Below, piece after piece: positions 19,439 to 28,739 of a stretch of DNA of 64,000 nucleotides. A model generated the notes under the pieces. That model was given only the letters and a program-made list of their open reading frames with translations, did no database searches and had not been told where the DNA came from. This DNA is from a virus: positions 1-64,000 of IMG/VR virus record IMGVR_UViG_3300043420_001819; one strand, written 5' to 3'. The position numbers were made by a program, and so were the translations under genes. The stretch's first letter is position 1, and every line of letters starts with the position of its first letter.

Positions 19439-20011
19439 TTAATCCTCGATAATAGTACTAATCCCGAAAAAAGATTTTAAGTGTTCAAGACATGAAGTCA
19501 AAATCTTTTTTATTTTTACCCGGGATATTTTATATCGTTCTGAAACTTTAACAATGGAAAATTGTAATATGAAATAATCATATAAAATTCTTTGCTCAAG
19601 AGAGTTAAGAGTTTCAAGGTATTTTTTAAATTCTAAGTTAGCTTCCATTACAATAAGTTGCTCTTCAACGGGAGATAAAGAGTTATCATATAACTCATCA
19701 AGCTCAATACCAGCTTCACTAAAAGTATATACTTCTCTAGTAGATTTTACAGAATTTGGGCGTACTGTTGCTCCCCCTTTAGGGCTATTTTTTCCTATAT
19801 AATCTTTTATAGCACCAGAAACTCTCAGGTATGCGTATCCCATAAAAAAATTATTCTTATTTACATCATATTTTTTTCTTGCCTTAAGGTATGCAATTAC
19901 ACCCTCTTGGATTAAATCATCTAGTTCCACATAGTAACTACTTCGTAAAAAATACTTATAAGCTAACTTTTCAATAAACTCATAATCGCTAGGAGGTATC
20001 ATTGAGTTCAT
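19439..20011 (-). CDS. phage sigma70-family sigma factor, FliA/WhiG-like
   Basis: Region 2 ELDDLIQEG..KYD..F.GYAYLRVSGAIKDY; region 4 LNSLEQRIL..ISRVKI. Confidence 0.85.
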   Translation of the reverse strand: MNSMIPPSDYEFIEKLAYKYFLRSSYYVELDDLIQEGVIAYLKARKKYDVNKNNFFMGYAYLRVSGAIKDYIGKNSPKGGATVRPNSVKSTREVYTFSEAGIELDELYDNSLSPVEEQLIVMEANLEFKKYLETLNSLEQRILYDYFILQFSIVKVSERYKISRVKIKKILTSCLEHLKSFFGISTIIED

Positions 20012-21687
20012 AGTTTCTGTATCCCTTCTAGTTTAGTTATATTTTTATCTTTTACAAACGTAATCATAGTATCAAACATCTCAATAGGAATTTCTTCATG
20101 GTGCGTAATAATATACACTGCCTTAGTTTCCCTAACTATTTCTAAGAATTGCTTAACCATTTCAATACCCTCTTCATCTAGGACACCAAACATCTCATCA
20201 ATAACTAAAAAATTTCCAGAAAAACCAGTAACTATTTCTAGGGTTGAAATTGTTGCAATCAAGAGTACAAGGGATACTCTAGTACGTTCACCAGCAGATA
20301 AATCATTGAACCCCTTTTCTATTCCTCTATCAAAAAATCTGTAAACTAATTTACCTGTTTTTACAGATACTCTAATGTTTATATTAAACTTTGTTTTTTC
20401 AGATAGGTCTTTTAGCACTGTAATAAAAACTTTAGCAAACTTATTTAAGTACTCATTTACTAGTGTACCGTTTTTAATAAGAGTTAAACACTCCTCAACA
20501 AACTGTAATTTAACATCAAGGCTATCCATTTCTTTAAGAAGTTCGTCAATTTCTTTAGTAATTTCTTCTTTATGGCTAATAATTTGGTCATATTGACTAT
20601 TTTGTTCTTTTACGACTAGTATTTTAGACTTAACTTTATTAATCTTATCAGTTATAGCATCTCTTTCATCACTTAGCTCACCACTTATCTTTCTAATTGC
20701 TTCTTTAATAGACTTTAAAGAGTCTTTTTTCTCATTTATTACCTTCTCTAATGCAGTATACTCTTTTTTAAGTGCTGCTAGTTCCTCTTTATGGGGAGTT
20801 ATATCATAACAATAATCTGACCCACAAGTAGGGCATTTTCCTTCAACGTACTCATCTACTACTTTTTTAGTAGCACTTCCTTTAATTTTAACCTCTGATA
20901 ATTTATACTCTTCAGTTTTTAAAGACTCTTCACTTTTAATAACACTAGTTTCTAGTGCTTTTAGTTGTGTATACCTACTGTTTTTTTCATGCTCTAAAAG
21001 AGCTTCAGTATTTTGTTGTAGTAACTTTTCTAGTTCATCAACATCTATTTTTTGAAAAGAAGTAAGTACATCTAAACTTTTTTCAGCACTTCTTAGTTTT
21101 GTGATAAGGATTGTTCTGGTTGTTTTTAGTTCTTTCTTCTCTTCTTTCAAAAGATTATTTGCTTTATGAATTGTTTCTACATTAAAGAACTGATAAAGTA
21201 TATTGTCTTTGTTGGTAGTATCTAAAATTGCTTGAAGGGTACTTTGACTAATATAAGTTAATGCAGAAAACGTATCAAAATCTGCACCAATTATTTCTTT
21301 AACTTGTTTAAGTTGAGCAGGGATACCCTTATGCTGTATCTCTTCCCCATTATTTTCAATAATAATTTTGTTGTTACTTCTATTATTAATAATTTTATAA
21401 GAACCTGAGCCTATTTTATCAAACTCTAACTCTATTGAATAAGGTTTTCCTGTAATAGAATTATTGACATCATCAATTGTACTTTTAGGGTTTTTTACGT
21501 TCTTGTTAAACAAGCCTTGATAAATAGCTGCGAATGTTGCTGTTTTCCCAGAGCCATTAGAACTCTTATGAGGGGTATCATTGTCGTTATTCTTACCTAC
21601 AATGTAGTGTAGACCCTTTTCTATTGGTAAACTTATTTCCCCAATTGAGTAGAAATTTGAAACCTTTATAGATTTAATTTTTAACAT
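20008..21687 (-). CDS. SbcC/Rad50-like recombination ATPase
   Basis: NGSGKT, CPTC zinc hook, LSAGE, IDEMF..LD and ITHH motifs. Confidence 0.9.
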   Translation of the reverse strand: MLKIKSIKVSNFYSIGEISLPIEKGLHYIVGKNNDNDTPHKSSNGSGKTATFAAIYQGLFNKNVKNPKSTIDDVNNSITGKPYSIELEFDKIGSGSYKIINNRSNNKIIIENNGEEIQHKGIPAQLKQVKEIIGADFDTFSALTYISQSTLQAILDTTNKDNILYQFFNVETIHKANNLLKEEKKELKTTRTILITKLRSAEKSLDVLTSFQKIDVDELEKLLQQNTEALLEHEKNSRYTQLKALETSVIKSEESLKTEEYKLSEVKIKGSATKKVVDEYVEGKCPTCGSDYCYDITPHKEELAALKKEYTALEKVINEKKDSLKSIKEAIRKISGELSDERDAITDKINKVKSKILVVKEQNSQYDQIISHKEEITKEIDELLKEMDSLDVKLQFVEECLTLIKNGTLVNEYLNKFAKVFITVLKDLSEKTKFNINIRVSVKTGKLVYRFFDRGIEKGFNDLSAGERTRVSLVLLIATISTLEIVTGFSGNFLVIDEMFGVLDEEGIEMVKQFLEIVRETKAVYIITHHEEIPIEMFDTMITFVKDKNITKLEGIQKL

Positions 21688-22663
21688 CTATTAATATCCC
21701 CTGTAAATACTCTTCTAACTCTTTTGTTACATTAAACTCATTTGCTTTTAGTAACATTAGGAGTGTTTGGCTAATCTCTTCTTGTTTGTGGGAAGATAAC
21801 TCATCTATTAATTCTTCAAACTCTTCTGTGTTTTCTTCTTGTTCTGTTTTATAATCAAATTGTGCTACATTATTCATCTTCATCAAAATGGATGAAGTCT
21901 TGGTGTCAGGAATCCCTTTTACTACTACTTTATACAAATGGTCAGGGTCAAGTATTAAAGTAGATTCTAGACCCCTTGTAGTAGTCTCTATCAAGACCTT
22001 TGAAGGAAGATTTAATCTTACCCAATCAAAACTAGTTTTTCCATCCTCTAGTTTGATTGAGTAATACCCATAATCCCTTAAGAGTTCAAAGTGTATACCG
22101 TAAGGGCTAGAAGGGTAAAAAGTATTACTATAAGGAGAGTACTTGTGATGAATATCACCAACAAAGCATTTAGTAAAAATATCAGAAACCTCTTTAACGT
22201 CAATTTCGCCTTTAATGAAAGTACCATAATTAGCCCTAAAATGAGAGAATAGTATACTCTCTCTATCGTCTCTAATCATTGCTTTTGTACTTTTATAAAT
22301 TTCTTTACATCTAATGTGTGATACAAAGTAACAATCAACACCCCCAATAGTACGTAATTCTTGTTCTATATAAGTAAAACCTACTTTAGGGATATAGTCA
22401 AATACTGTTTTATGCTCTGAAAGATTTTCGTGGTTTCCAGATATTACTATAACCTGTTTTTCTTTTAGTTTTTCTATACCTTCATAGAATGTGGATAGTT
22501 CTTCAAGAGTTGGTTTAGGAACATCAAAAATATCACCTCCTAAAACTACTAGGCTAGAGTCGTCTTGTGCTAATATATCAAATAGTTTTAGGAAGCGTGA
22601 TTTTTCCCATTCAGAATTTTTGCGTAGATTTAAATGAATATCAGTTACGAAGGAGAGGGTCAT
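21674..22663 (-). CDS. SbcD/Mre11-like metallophosphoesterase nuclease
   Basis: TDIH, GGDIFD, SGNHE and GDIH motifs. Confidence 0.9.
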   Translation of the reverse strand: MTLSFVTDIHLNLRKNSEWEKSRFLKLFDILAQDDSSLVVLGGDIFDVPKPTLEELSTFYEGIEKLKEKQVIVISGNHENLSEHKTVFDYIPKVGFTYIEQELRTIGGVDCYFVSHIRCKEIYKSTKAMIRDDRESILFSHFRANYGTFIKGEIDVKEVSDIFTKCFVGDIHHKYSPYSNTFYPSSPYGIHFELLRDYGYYSIKLEDGKTSFDWVRLNLPSKVLIETTTRGLESTLILDPDHLYKVVVKGIPDTKTSSILMKMNNVAQFDYKTEQEENTEEFEELIDELSSHKQEEISQTLLMLLKANEFNVTKELEEYLQGILIDVKN

Positions 22664-22893
22664 AGAACACCCTCTAAATATTTAATTACGTCATTACCAC
22701 TTTTAATATCTGCTAAAACTGAGTCTTCAATCTTAATATTAAAAGCAATTTCTATGGACTGAACAATAGATAATAAGTCTAAACTATCCACCCCGTAACT
22801 TTTAAACGGGATGTGAATAGAAAAATCGACAGGATTAGAGTAGGTAGCTTGTGCCATTAAAGCTATAGCAGTACTTCTTTGTTCATGTGTCAT
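22660..22893 (-). CDS. acyl carrier protein-like
   Basis: GVDSLD phosphopantetheine motif; IE..FNIKI.D..DVIKYL. Confidence 0.8.
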   Translation of the reverse strand: MTHEQRSTAIALMAQATYSNPVDFSIHIPFKSYGVDSLDLLSIVQSIEIAFNIKIEDSVLADIKSGNDVIKYLEGVL

Positions 22894-22902
22894 AACTTAT
22901 TC

Positions 22903-23703
22903 CTAAAACGGAATTTCGTCTTCGTCAACTTCTACGTCAGATTCAACTGGAGCAGAACTAGTAGAAGAAGTAGTTGAGTTTGAACCAGATGAATTATAAT
23001 CCTCTACCCACTTATTAAACTTTTTAATTGCTGGAGCAACATATTCAGTTAATCCGGCTAAGTCAGTAGGTTTCATCTCTACCATTTCCTCAATGTCAAA
23101 ACACCAAGCTGGTTGGAAGTCAGTAGACACTTTTTTACTCTTAACTTTAAACTTAAAACCAAGATTAGGAGATTTAATTCCTCTAGCATCTAATTGTACA
23201 CCCCACTGGTGTAGATTTGTTCCATGCAAATAATGAGTATATGGTGTCCATTCGTTACCCTCATTAACTAACATTAGTAAAATGTTATTGAAAGTAGCTC
23301 TTCGTCCACCTGCTTTCCACTCAGAAACAGACATACCACTTTTTTTATCAACTTGTTGTTTAGTTTCATACGGGTCGAAGAAAAAAGGTGTTTGGAACAC
23401 AGTGCTTTTAGTGTTAATATCATAGTGAGATACTTGATAAACATTTCCAATAATAATAAACTCTATTGTATTTCCAAAGTCAGTACCAGTTTCTTTAACA
23501 ATTAGGTTTGCTTTATCTTCTTTGTACCCAGCTACAAAGTTACCTTTTTTAACACCACCATCATCTTGTAAAATATCACTATAGTTCATACTGATTTTTC
23601 TGAAAGGTGCACCTGCTGATGCCTCTTTATTAACTTTTGAAAGACTTTTTGCAGTCTCTGAATCGTAACCCATTGATAAATATTCTTCATATGAATATGC
23701 CAT
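22903..23703 (-). CDS. putative single-stranded DNA-binding protein
   Basis: Acidic C-terminal tail DEDEIPF; strong promoter; replication context. Confidence 0.65.
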   Translation of the reverse strand: MAYSYEEYLSMGYDSETAKSLSKVNKEASAGAPFRKISMNYSDILQDDGGVKKGNFVAGYKEDKANLIVKETGTDFGNTIEFIIIGNVYQVSHYDINTKSTVFQTPFFFDPYETKQQVDKKSGMSVSEWKAGGRRATFNNILLMLVNEGNEWTPYTHYLHGTNLHQWGVQLDARGIKSPNLGFKFKVKSKKVSTDFQPAWCFDIEEMVEMKPTDLAGLTEYVAPAIKKFNKWVEDYNSSGSNSTTSSTSSAPVESDVEVDEDEIPF

Positions 23704-23778
23704 TTTGTTTCCTTTATTTCCGATTTTAGTTTCGGTTATTTCTAATTTACAGACAGGTTATCCTATCTGCATGTGAAA

Positions 23779-23807
23779 ATTATATTACAAAAAATTTTAT
23801 TTGTCAA
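23779..23807 (-). promoter_or_regulatory. consensus sigma70 promoter for the SSB/recombination/sigma operon
   Basis: Minus strand TTGACA (23807-23802), 17 nt, TATAAT (23784-23779). Confidence 0.9.
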
Positions 23808-23836
23808 GTAAAATACGTAAAATAATTAAAATTTTT

Positions 23837-24406
23837 TTATTCTGCAACGATAATTGCGTCATCTTCAGTAATTTCTACTACAGGGAATTTTTCATCAATT
23901 ATGACAGCAAGTTCTTTAACTTTTTGGAGTAAAGTTGTTACATCTCCATCATTTATTAAAGTATAATCAAAGCCCTCAAACGTATCTAGTTCTATCTCTG
24001 ATGCATGTGAGTCCCAAGATTCTGGAACAGAGGGTCTATGTATTCTTACTTTTAAACTATCCTCAATTGCTTCTACCTTAAATCTCCAATCTGGTATAAT
24101 CAAAACACAATTCACACACAATGTTTCGCAGTATTTTTGTGCAAGTTTTAACCAAACATCATCACCAAAAATTGGTTTTAGTCCCTCAGTTCCTAATCTT
24201 TGGAGCATACTTCTATACTGTGGGAGTAAATTTTTATTTGCTTCAAGCTCTTCAACACTAATATTTAGAGTTGCTGCAAGAATTTGTTTAAGAGGGTCTG
24301 CAAAATTATAAATTTTTGCTCTTTCTCCTAACTCAATCTTTAGTAATTCTGCAACAGTAGATTTACCATGCCCTTTTTTCCCAGAAATTTGTACAATATG
24401 TGCCAT
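23837..24406 (-). CDS. deoxynucleoside monophosphate kinase
   Basis: GKKGHGKST, FADPLK, LQRLGTE, PDWRF..E and HASE motifs. Confidence 0.85.
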   Translation of the reverse strand: MAHIVQISGKKGHGKSTVAELLKIELGERAKIYNFADPLKQILAATLNISVEELEANKNLLPQYRSMLQRLGTEGLKPIFGDDVWLKLAQKYCETLCVNCVLIIPDWRFKVEAIEDSLKVRIHRPSVPESWDSHASEIELDTFEGFDYTLINDGDVTTLLQKVKELAVIIDEKFPVVEITEDDAIIVAE

Positions 24407-24419
24407 AGGTATCCTTTTA

Positions 24420-25319
24420 TTATAATTTATACACAGCTCTTTGGTCAGGAGACAATAAAAGAGTTGTGCTATAGTTTAGTGATAAGTCATTTAGCATATC
24501 ATCATAAGTACTTTGACTTGTTAAAAACTTATCAGAAAAAATTACTTGTTCTTCTTCGTCTATATCATTAATTGAGATAGGGTTAAAAAGAGCGTAATTC
24601 ATATCTAGTATTTCCATAAAGGAAGTATTTTCAGGAAGTTTCATACCGTTTTGTCCATTTTCTACTGCCGTAGCAATATTTTGGGCTAATCGGTTGAACT
24701 CTTTTTCTTCCTCATAAAATTTTTTAAATGTTTTTTCCCCTAATCTATAAATACCTTTTACATTTTCTTTATCAGAACCTGCAAATACTTGTAGATATAA
24801 AATTCCAGTAGGGTCTAAACCATATTCTTGCTCACACGAACTTCTTGTAATTAATTTTTCTCTTTTAACATGTAATAATTTAATATTATCAGAGAATAAA
24901 AATGATGCCCAGTCTTTGTCAGAAGAAACTAATATTACATTGTACTTATCAGAATCTTTAAATCTATTTGCTACAATAGAACCAACATCATCAGCCTCTA
25001 GCCCATTAATATCAATAACAGCGCCAAAGTGGTGCAACCATTTAAGACTATTTTTATAGTCAACCTCAAAACTTTTACGTCTATCTTGTTCTGCTTTAGA
25101 TTCTTGTTTATGCTTTTTTGCTCTATGAGTTTTGTACTCAGGATATATTTCTCTCCTTTTAGGAGTTCCTATATCAACAGCAAATACAATCTTCGAAGGC
25201 TTAACTCCAACTTTATTGAGGAGTTTAGCAATACCAAAGAAAGTATGCTCAAATGGCTTTTTAGCATGAAAAGAATAGGTAAAGGCACATAGACGGTAAT
25301 CAATTACTACTATATTCAT
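24420..25319 (-). CDS. 5'-3' exonuclease / flap endonuclease
   Basis: YPEYK.HR, EADD, SSDKD and GSDKENVKGI..LGEKT motifs. Confidence 0.9.
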   Translation of the reverse strand: MNIVVIDYRLCAFTYSFHAKKPFEHTFFGIAKLLNKVGVKPSKIVFAVDIGTPKRREIYPEYKTHRAKKHKQESKAEQDRRKSFEVDYKNSLKWLHHFGAVIDINGLEADDVGSIVANRFKDSDKYNVILVSSDKDWASFLFSDNIKLLHVKREKLITRSSCEQEYGLDPTGILYLQVFAGSDKENVKGIYRLGEKTFKKFYEEEKEFNRLAQNIATAVENGQNGMKLPENTSFMEILDMNYALFNPISINDIDEEEQVIFSDKFLTSQSTYDDMLNDLSLNYSTTLLLSPDQRAVYKL

Positions 25320-25348
25320 TTACAAACCTTTTAATTGAAATACAAAGA

Positions 25349-25382
25349 ATTATAAAACACAATTCCTTAAATTTAGCTTAAA
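25349..25382 (-). promoter_or_regulatory. Campylobacterota-style promoter (TTAAG..TTTAAG..TATAAT) for the exonuclease operon
   Basis: Minus strand TTAAGCTAAATTTAAGGAATTGTGTTTTATAAT. Confidence 0.5.
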
Positions 25383-25387
25383 ATATG

Positions 25388-25416
25388 GGGGTGTCCTAAG
25401 ACCTATCAGTGTTTAC
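25388..25416 (+). repeat. 29-bp direct repeat copy 2
   Basis: Identical to 1918-1946; lies in the divergent intergenic region upstream of the Rep gene. Confidence 0.9.
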
Positions 25417-25543
25417 CGTTTAGAGTTCTAAAATACTTTTAAATTTAAGAAATTAATAAGAATATATCGAGTATAATGCTAGTAATTTAAGCTAAGTTTT
25501 ATAATTATATAACGATTATTATAGTACAGCAAAAGAGGGATAT

Positions 25544-26647
25544 ATGAACCAAAGAGAATTTTTAATAAATAAGCTAGATACTGTTTTTAAAGTACAATGT
25601 TCTGATTCTAAGACAGGAGATTATACTTATAAAAAAATTGATGAAGCACTAGAGCATAACTTTTTAAGATTTGGTAACTCATACTTTATTCCTGCAGTCA
25701 GTATTGATATTGATAACTCTCAAGATATTTTAATCAATGACATTATTAAAACAAATAAATTACCAGACCCCACTTTTGTTGTTGAAACTTCTAGAGGATA
25801 CCACATTCACTGGTTTCTATCAAATCCAATTAAAACATCAAACGTAAAACAACTTAGAAAACTAAGAGAAACTTTACTATACCTCCAAAAACTTTTTGGT
25901 GCCGATAAATTTGCTACAACAACATCTTCAGGTCGTGTTTGGAGAAATCCAATTAAGCACTCAAATGCTTTTACTGATACTACAGTTGAATTAAATGATT
26001 TATTCACTACTCCTGAACTACCTAAAAATACTCGTGAATTCACTAAGAGTATTAATAGATACAAAAAATTTCTTAATACTGACTTCTCAAAAGTATTAGA
26101 GGGAGAAAGAAATACAACTCTTTTTGATTATGGTAGAGCTTATGCTTATACTACTGGAGTTATTAACGTATTTGATGAATTATGTACCAAAAATGATACA
26201 CTTTTAAATCCTTTACCCATTAGTGAAGTAACTAATATAGCTTCTTCAATCGAAATATTTATGTCAACTAAGTATAAGAAAGGTGCTCATACAACTTCTG
26301 AAGCTACGATAGCTTTTAATAGAAGAGTAGCAGCACAACAAGCAGATAAGAAAGTATTAGTAATCTTCGAAAAATCTTTGAAGTTACTTACAATACCTAT
26401 TATAGCTGTACAAAGATTATCTGCAAGAAAAGGTGCAGAAGTATTTAAAATTTCTAAAGATACATTCTTAAAACATAAAAAAATAGTACTTAAAAAACTT
26501 GTAAGTTATTTCAAAAGTTTAGTTAAAACGATAAATAAATGGGTAGAACTACAAACTACTAACTTTAAAGTATTGTTTGAGGATATAAATGTATTACATT
26601 GGGATAGACACTTCATCAACGAGCACAGGACTTGTGGTTCTGGATAA
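25544..26647 (+). CDS. plasmid-type replicase/primase (AEP fold + PriCT-1)
   Basis: IDID, P.PTFVV..RGYH..W, G.RN.TLF and PLP.SEV..IA.SI motifs. Confidence 0.75.
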   Translation: MNQREFLINKLDTVFKVQCSDSKTGDYTYKKIDEALEHNFLRFGNSYFIPAVSIDIDNSQDILINDIIKTNKLPDPTFVVETSRGYHIHWFLSNPIKTSNVKQLRKLRETLLYLQKLFGADKFATTTSSGRVWRNPIKHSNAFTDTTVELNDLFTTPELPKNTREFTKSINRYKKFLNTDFSKVLEGERNTTLFDYGRAYAYTTGVINVFDELCTKNDTLLNPLPISEVTNIASSIEIFMSTKYKKGAHTTSEATIAFNRRVAAQQADKKVLVIFEKSLKLLTIPIIAVQRLSARKGAEVFKISKDTFLKHKKIVLKKLVSYFKSLVKTINKWVELQTTNFKVLFEDINVLHWDRHFINEHRTCGSG

Positions 26648-27056
26648 AAATAAAAAATTAATTTCATATACTTTATTAACACCGAAACACTCTGATTTAA
26701 AAGAGAGGTGTACACTAATAGTTGAAGGTACTCTACAATTTGTATCTAAGTATAAAAACAAAGAAACTTTAATAATTATTGAAACACCAGCATTTATGGC
26801 AAAAGGAAGAGTTATTGACTTAGCTATGTTAGTTGGTGGTGTTTTTTATTCACTAAGAAGTAGAGGGTATAACTGTTTATTAGTTCCCCCAACAACACAT
26901 AAAAAAACATTTACTGGTTCTGGAAAAGCTTCTAAAGAAGAAACAATAGCCTCACTCCCAGAGGGAGTTAAAGAACTATTTTTAAATGAGAGTAAGAAGA
27001 TTGATGATTTAGCAGATGCGTATAGTTTAGCGTTCTATGGAATTACTTCCAATTAA
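26589..27056 (+). CDS. ruvC: RuvC-like Holliday junction resolvase
   Basis: IGID.S...TG, IE, KK..TG.GKASK and DD.ADA motifs. Confidence 0.85.
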   Translation: MYYIGIDTSSTSTGLVVLDKNKKLISYTLLTPKHSDLKERCTLIVEGTLQFVSKYKNKETLIIIETPAFMAKGRVIDLAMLVGGVFYSLRSRGYNCLLVPPTTHKKTFTGSGKASKEETIASLPEGVKELFLNESKKIDDLADAYSLAFYGITSN

Positions 27057-27342
27057 TTTTTACCTCATAAATTACGTCTACAAAACCAGTTGCAGTATCG
27101 CTTACTTTAATAATTAAATTATGGGCAAAACCTGCATATTCTGTAGTTGTAGAACCATCCACTCTTAGCTCAAATTGACTTCTAAGTTCATTTACACCAA
27201 GATTATATTGAGCTACAAGTCCATTTGCTCTATTTTTAAGCATAGCAACACAAGTCATTGTCTCAGGGATTTCCCCATCATCAAAAGTAAAATCATAAAA
27301 CAACGCAGAACCTGCATATTTAAAAATTGGATCGTCTTTCAT
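27043..27342 (-). CDS. hypothetical virion-associated protein
   Basis: Last ORF of the late operon; beta-rich. Confidence 0.6.
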   Translation of the reverse strand: MKDDPIFKYAGSALFYDFTFDDGEIPETMTCVAMLKNRANGLVAQYNLGVNELRSQFELRVDGSTTTEYAGFAHNLIIKVSDTATGFVDVIYEVKINWK

Positions 27343-27343
27343 T

Positions 27344-27430
27344 TTAACCTACTCTAAATCTTATTTTAATTGGTTCAGCAGTAAACCTAATAGAAATAGG
27401 AGCAGTGCTAAATCTAAATTTTTCAGTCAT
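27344..27430 (-). CDS. 28-aa repetitive peptide (not in ORF track)
   Basis: TAATG coupling to the upstream gene; exactly fills the gap. Confidence 0.5.
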   Translation of the reverse strand: MTEKFRFSTAPISIRFTAEPIKIRFRVG

Positions 27431-27849
27431 TAAGAAATCCTAATGAGTCCACTTGATGCATTTGCTGCTGGAAACTCTATTACAAAATCTCCACCACTAG
27501 CAGTAAGGCTTGAACCAAAATCTAGTACAGCTACTGCTTTATTACTTTTAGTAGCATTATAAATTAATGCACCTCTTGCTGTAATTTCACAGTTATTCCA
27601 AGTTGGGTCAGAAGTAAAATCTAAGATTGATACCCCACCATCAATAGATGTATTAAACCCTGATAATGTTAAACCACCTGCCGTATAACCTGTACCTGTT
27701 GCTTCACCGTCAATAGTATATCCAGTTGTAGTAGCACCAAGTGTAGCTGATTCTACATAAAGAGCTATCATATACGTATCAGTATCCGTATGTACTCCTG
27801 AGTATATTTCTTGTAAGTATGAATCACAAATTGCTGAAGTAATTGCCAT
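27430..27849 (-). CDS. conserved phage structural protein
   Basis: MAITSAIC.S..ALY..GY.AGG..TARGALIYN..AVAVLDFG pattern. Confidence 0.7.
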   Translation of the reverse strand: MAITSAICDSYLQEIYSGVHTDTDTYMIALYVESATLGATTTGYTIDGEATGTGYTAGGLTLSGFNTSIDGGVSILDFTSDPTWNNCEITARGALIYNATKSNKAVAVLDFGSSLTASGGDFVIEFPAANASSGLIRIS

Positions 27850-27861
27850 TTTTAAAATCCT

Positions 27862-28263
27862 TTAATATGCCATTTGAAAGTGTCTTACATTTGGACTATT
27901 TTTCCAAAATCCACCCCATAAATTTTTTAAATCAAGACTTTCCCAATAACCACCTAAAGCAGCTAAAAGTTCGTAGTCATAAGTAATAACATACTCATTA
28001 TCGTTTTCAATAAAAAAGTTAAAGTCAACTGCTAATCTCTTATTATGTTTAGATGCTCTACTAGATTCTTTTTTATTACCTTTTACTATACTTAAATCAC
28101 CATACTCATTCTCAGTTATTGTTAATCCTTTATAGTATAATAGCTGTAGTTCATAAGGTCTATATGTTTCTCCAAAACTAAGTTTTATTCCTAACTCTGA
28201 AGCTTTAGTTATTAATTTTGCAACATTCTCTGTGAATGCCCACTGACTTTTCTGTAACATCAT
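27862..28263 (-). CDS. M15-family peptidase (second endolysin-like gene)
   Basis: SKH..LAVD, WGG.W and HFQ motifs. Confidence 0.7.
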   Translation of the reverse strand: MMLQKSQWAFTENVAKLITKASELGIKLSFGETYRPYELQLLYYKGLTITENEYGDLSIVKGNKKESSRASKHNKRLAVDFNFFIENDNEYVITYDYELLAALGGYWESLDLKNLWGGFWKNSPNVRHFQMAY

Positions 28264-28730
28264 GGCATCATCTCAAAATGTGGTGTGTCAATAAAAGGTC
28301 TTTTACCTTCTTTTCTGCGTATATCTATATATGCGTTCTGTGCTTCGAGCATTGTACCATCCCATTTAGAGATGTCATTTGTAGTCCAAGCACCACCCCA
28401 CCTAACAGATACTCCAAGCTCTTTAGCGGCCTGTTTAAAAGCATCCGCAATGTCATCGTAGAGATTTACTTCCCATGAAACTCTTGAACCTATATATGCT
28501 ACAACATCAACTGCATGTGAATACCCATCACTTTGGATGATGTGTTTTGAATTCATGGTTTGAGAAGCACCCTTTGCTACAAGTTGTTTCTGCTCTTCCA
28601 TAGTTCTTACACTTGGTAGAACACCAAAATCTATCTTTGTTATTTCAATCGCACGTTTGACCACTTTTACTAAATCTGGATGAACTCCCTCCAGTCTTTC
28701 AAGTGACCTTTTTGATAAGCTAAAACTCAT
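28260..28730 (-). CDS. endolysin, M15 L-Ala-D-Glu peptidase type
   Basis: S.RS..RL.GVHPDL, SKH..HAVD, WGG.W and D.PHFE motifs. Confidence 0.9.
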   Translation of the reverse strand: MSFSLSKRSLERLEGVHPDLVKVVKRAIEITKIDFGVLPSVRTMEEQKQLVAKGASQTMNSKHIIQSDGYSHAVDVVAYIGSRVSWEVNLYDDIADAFKQAAKELGVSVRWGGAWTTNDISKWDGTMLEAQNAYIDIRRKEGKRPFIDTPHFEMMP

Positions 28731-28739
28731 AATGTTCCT

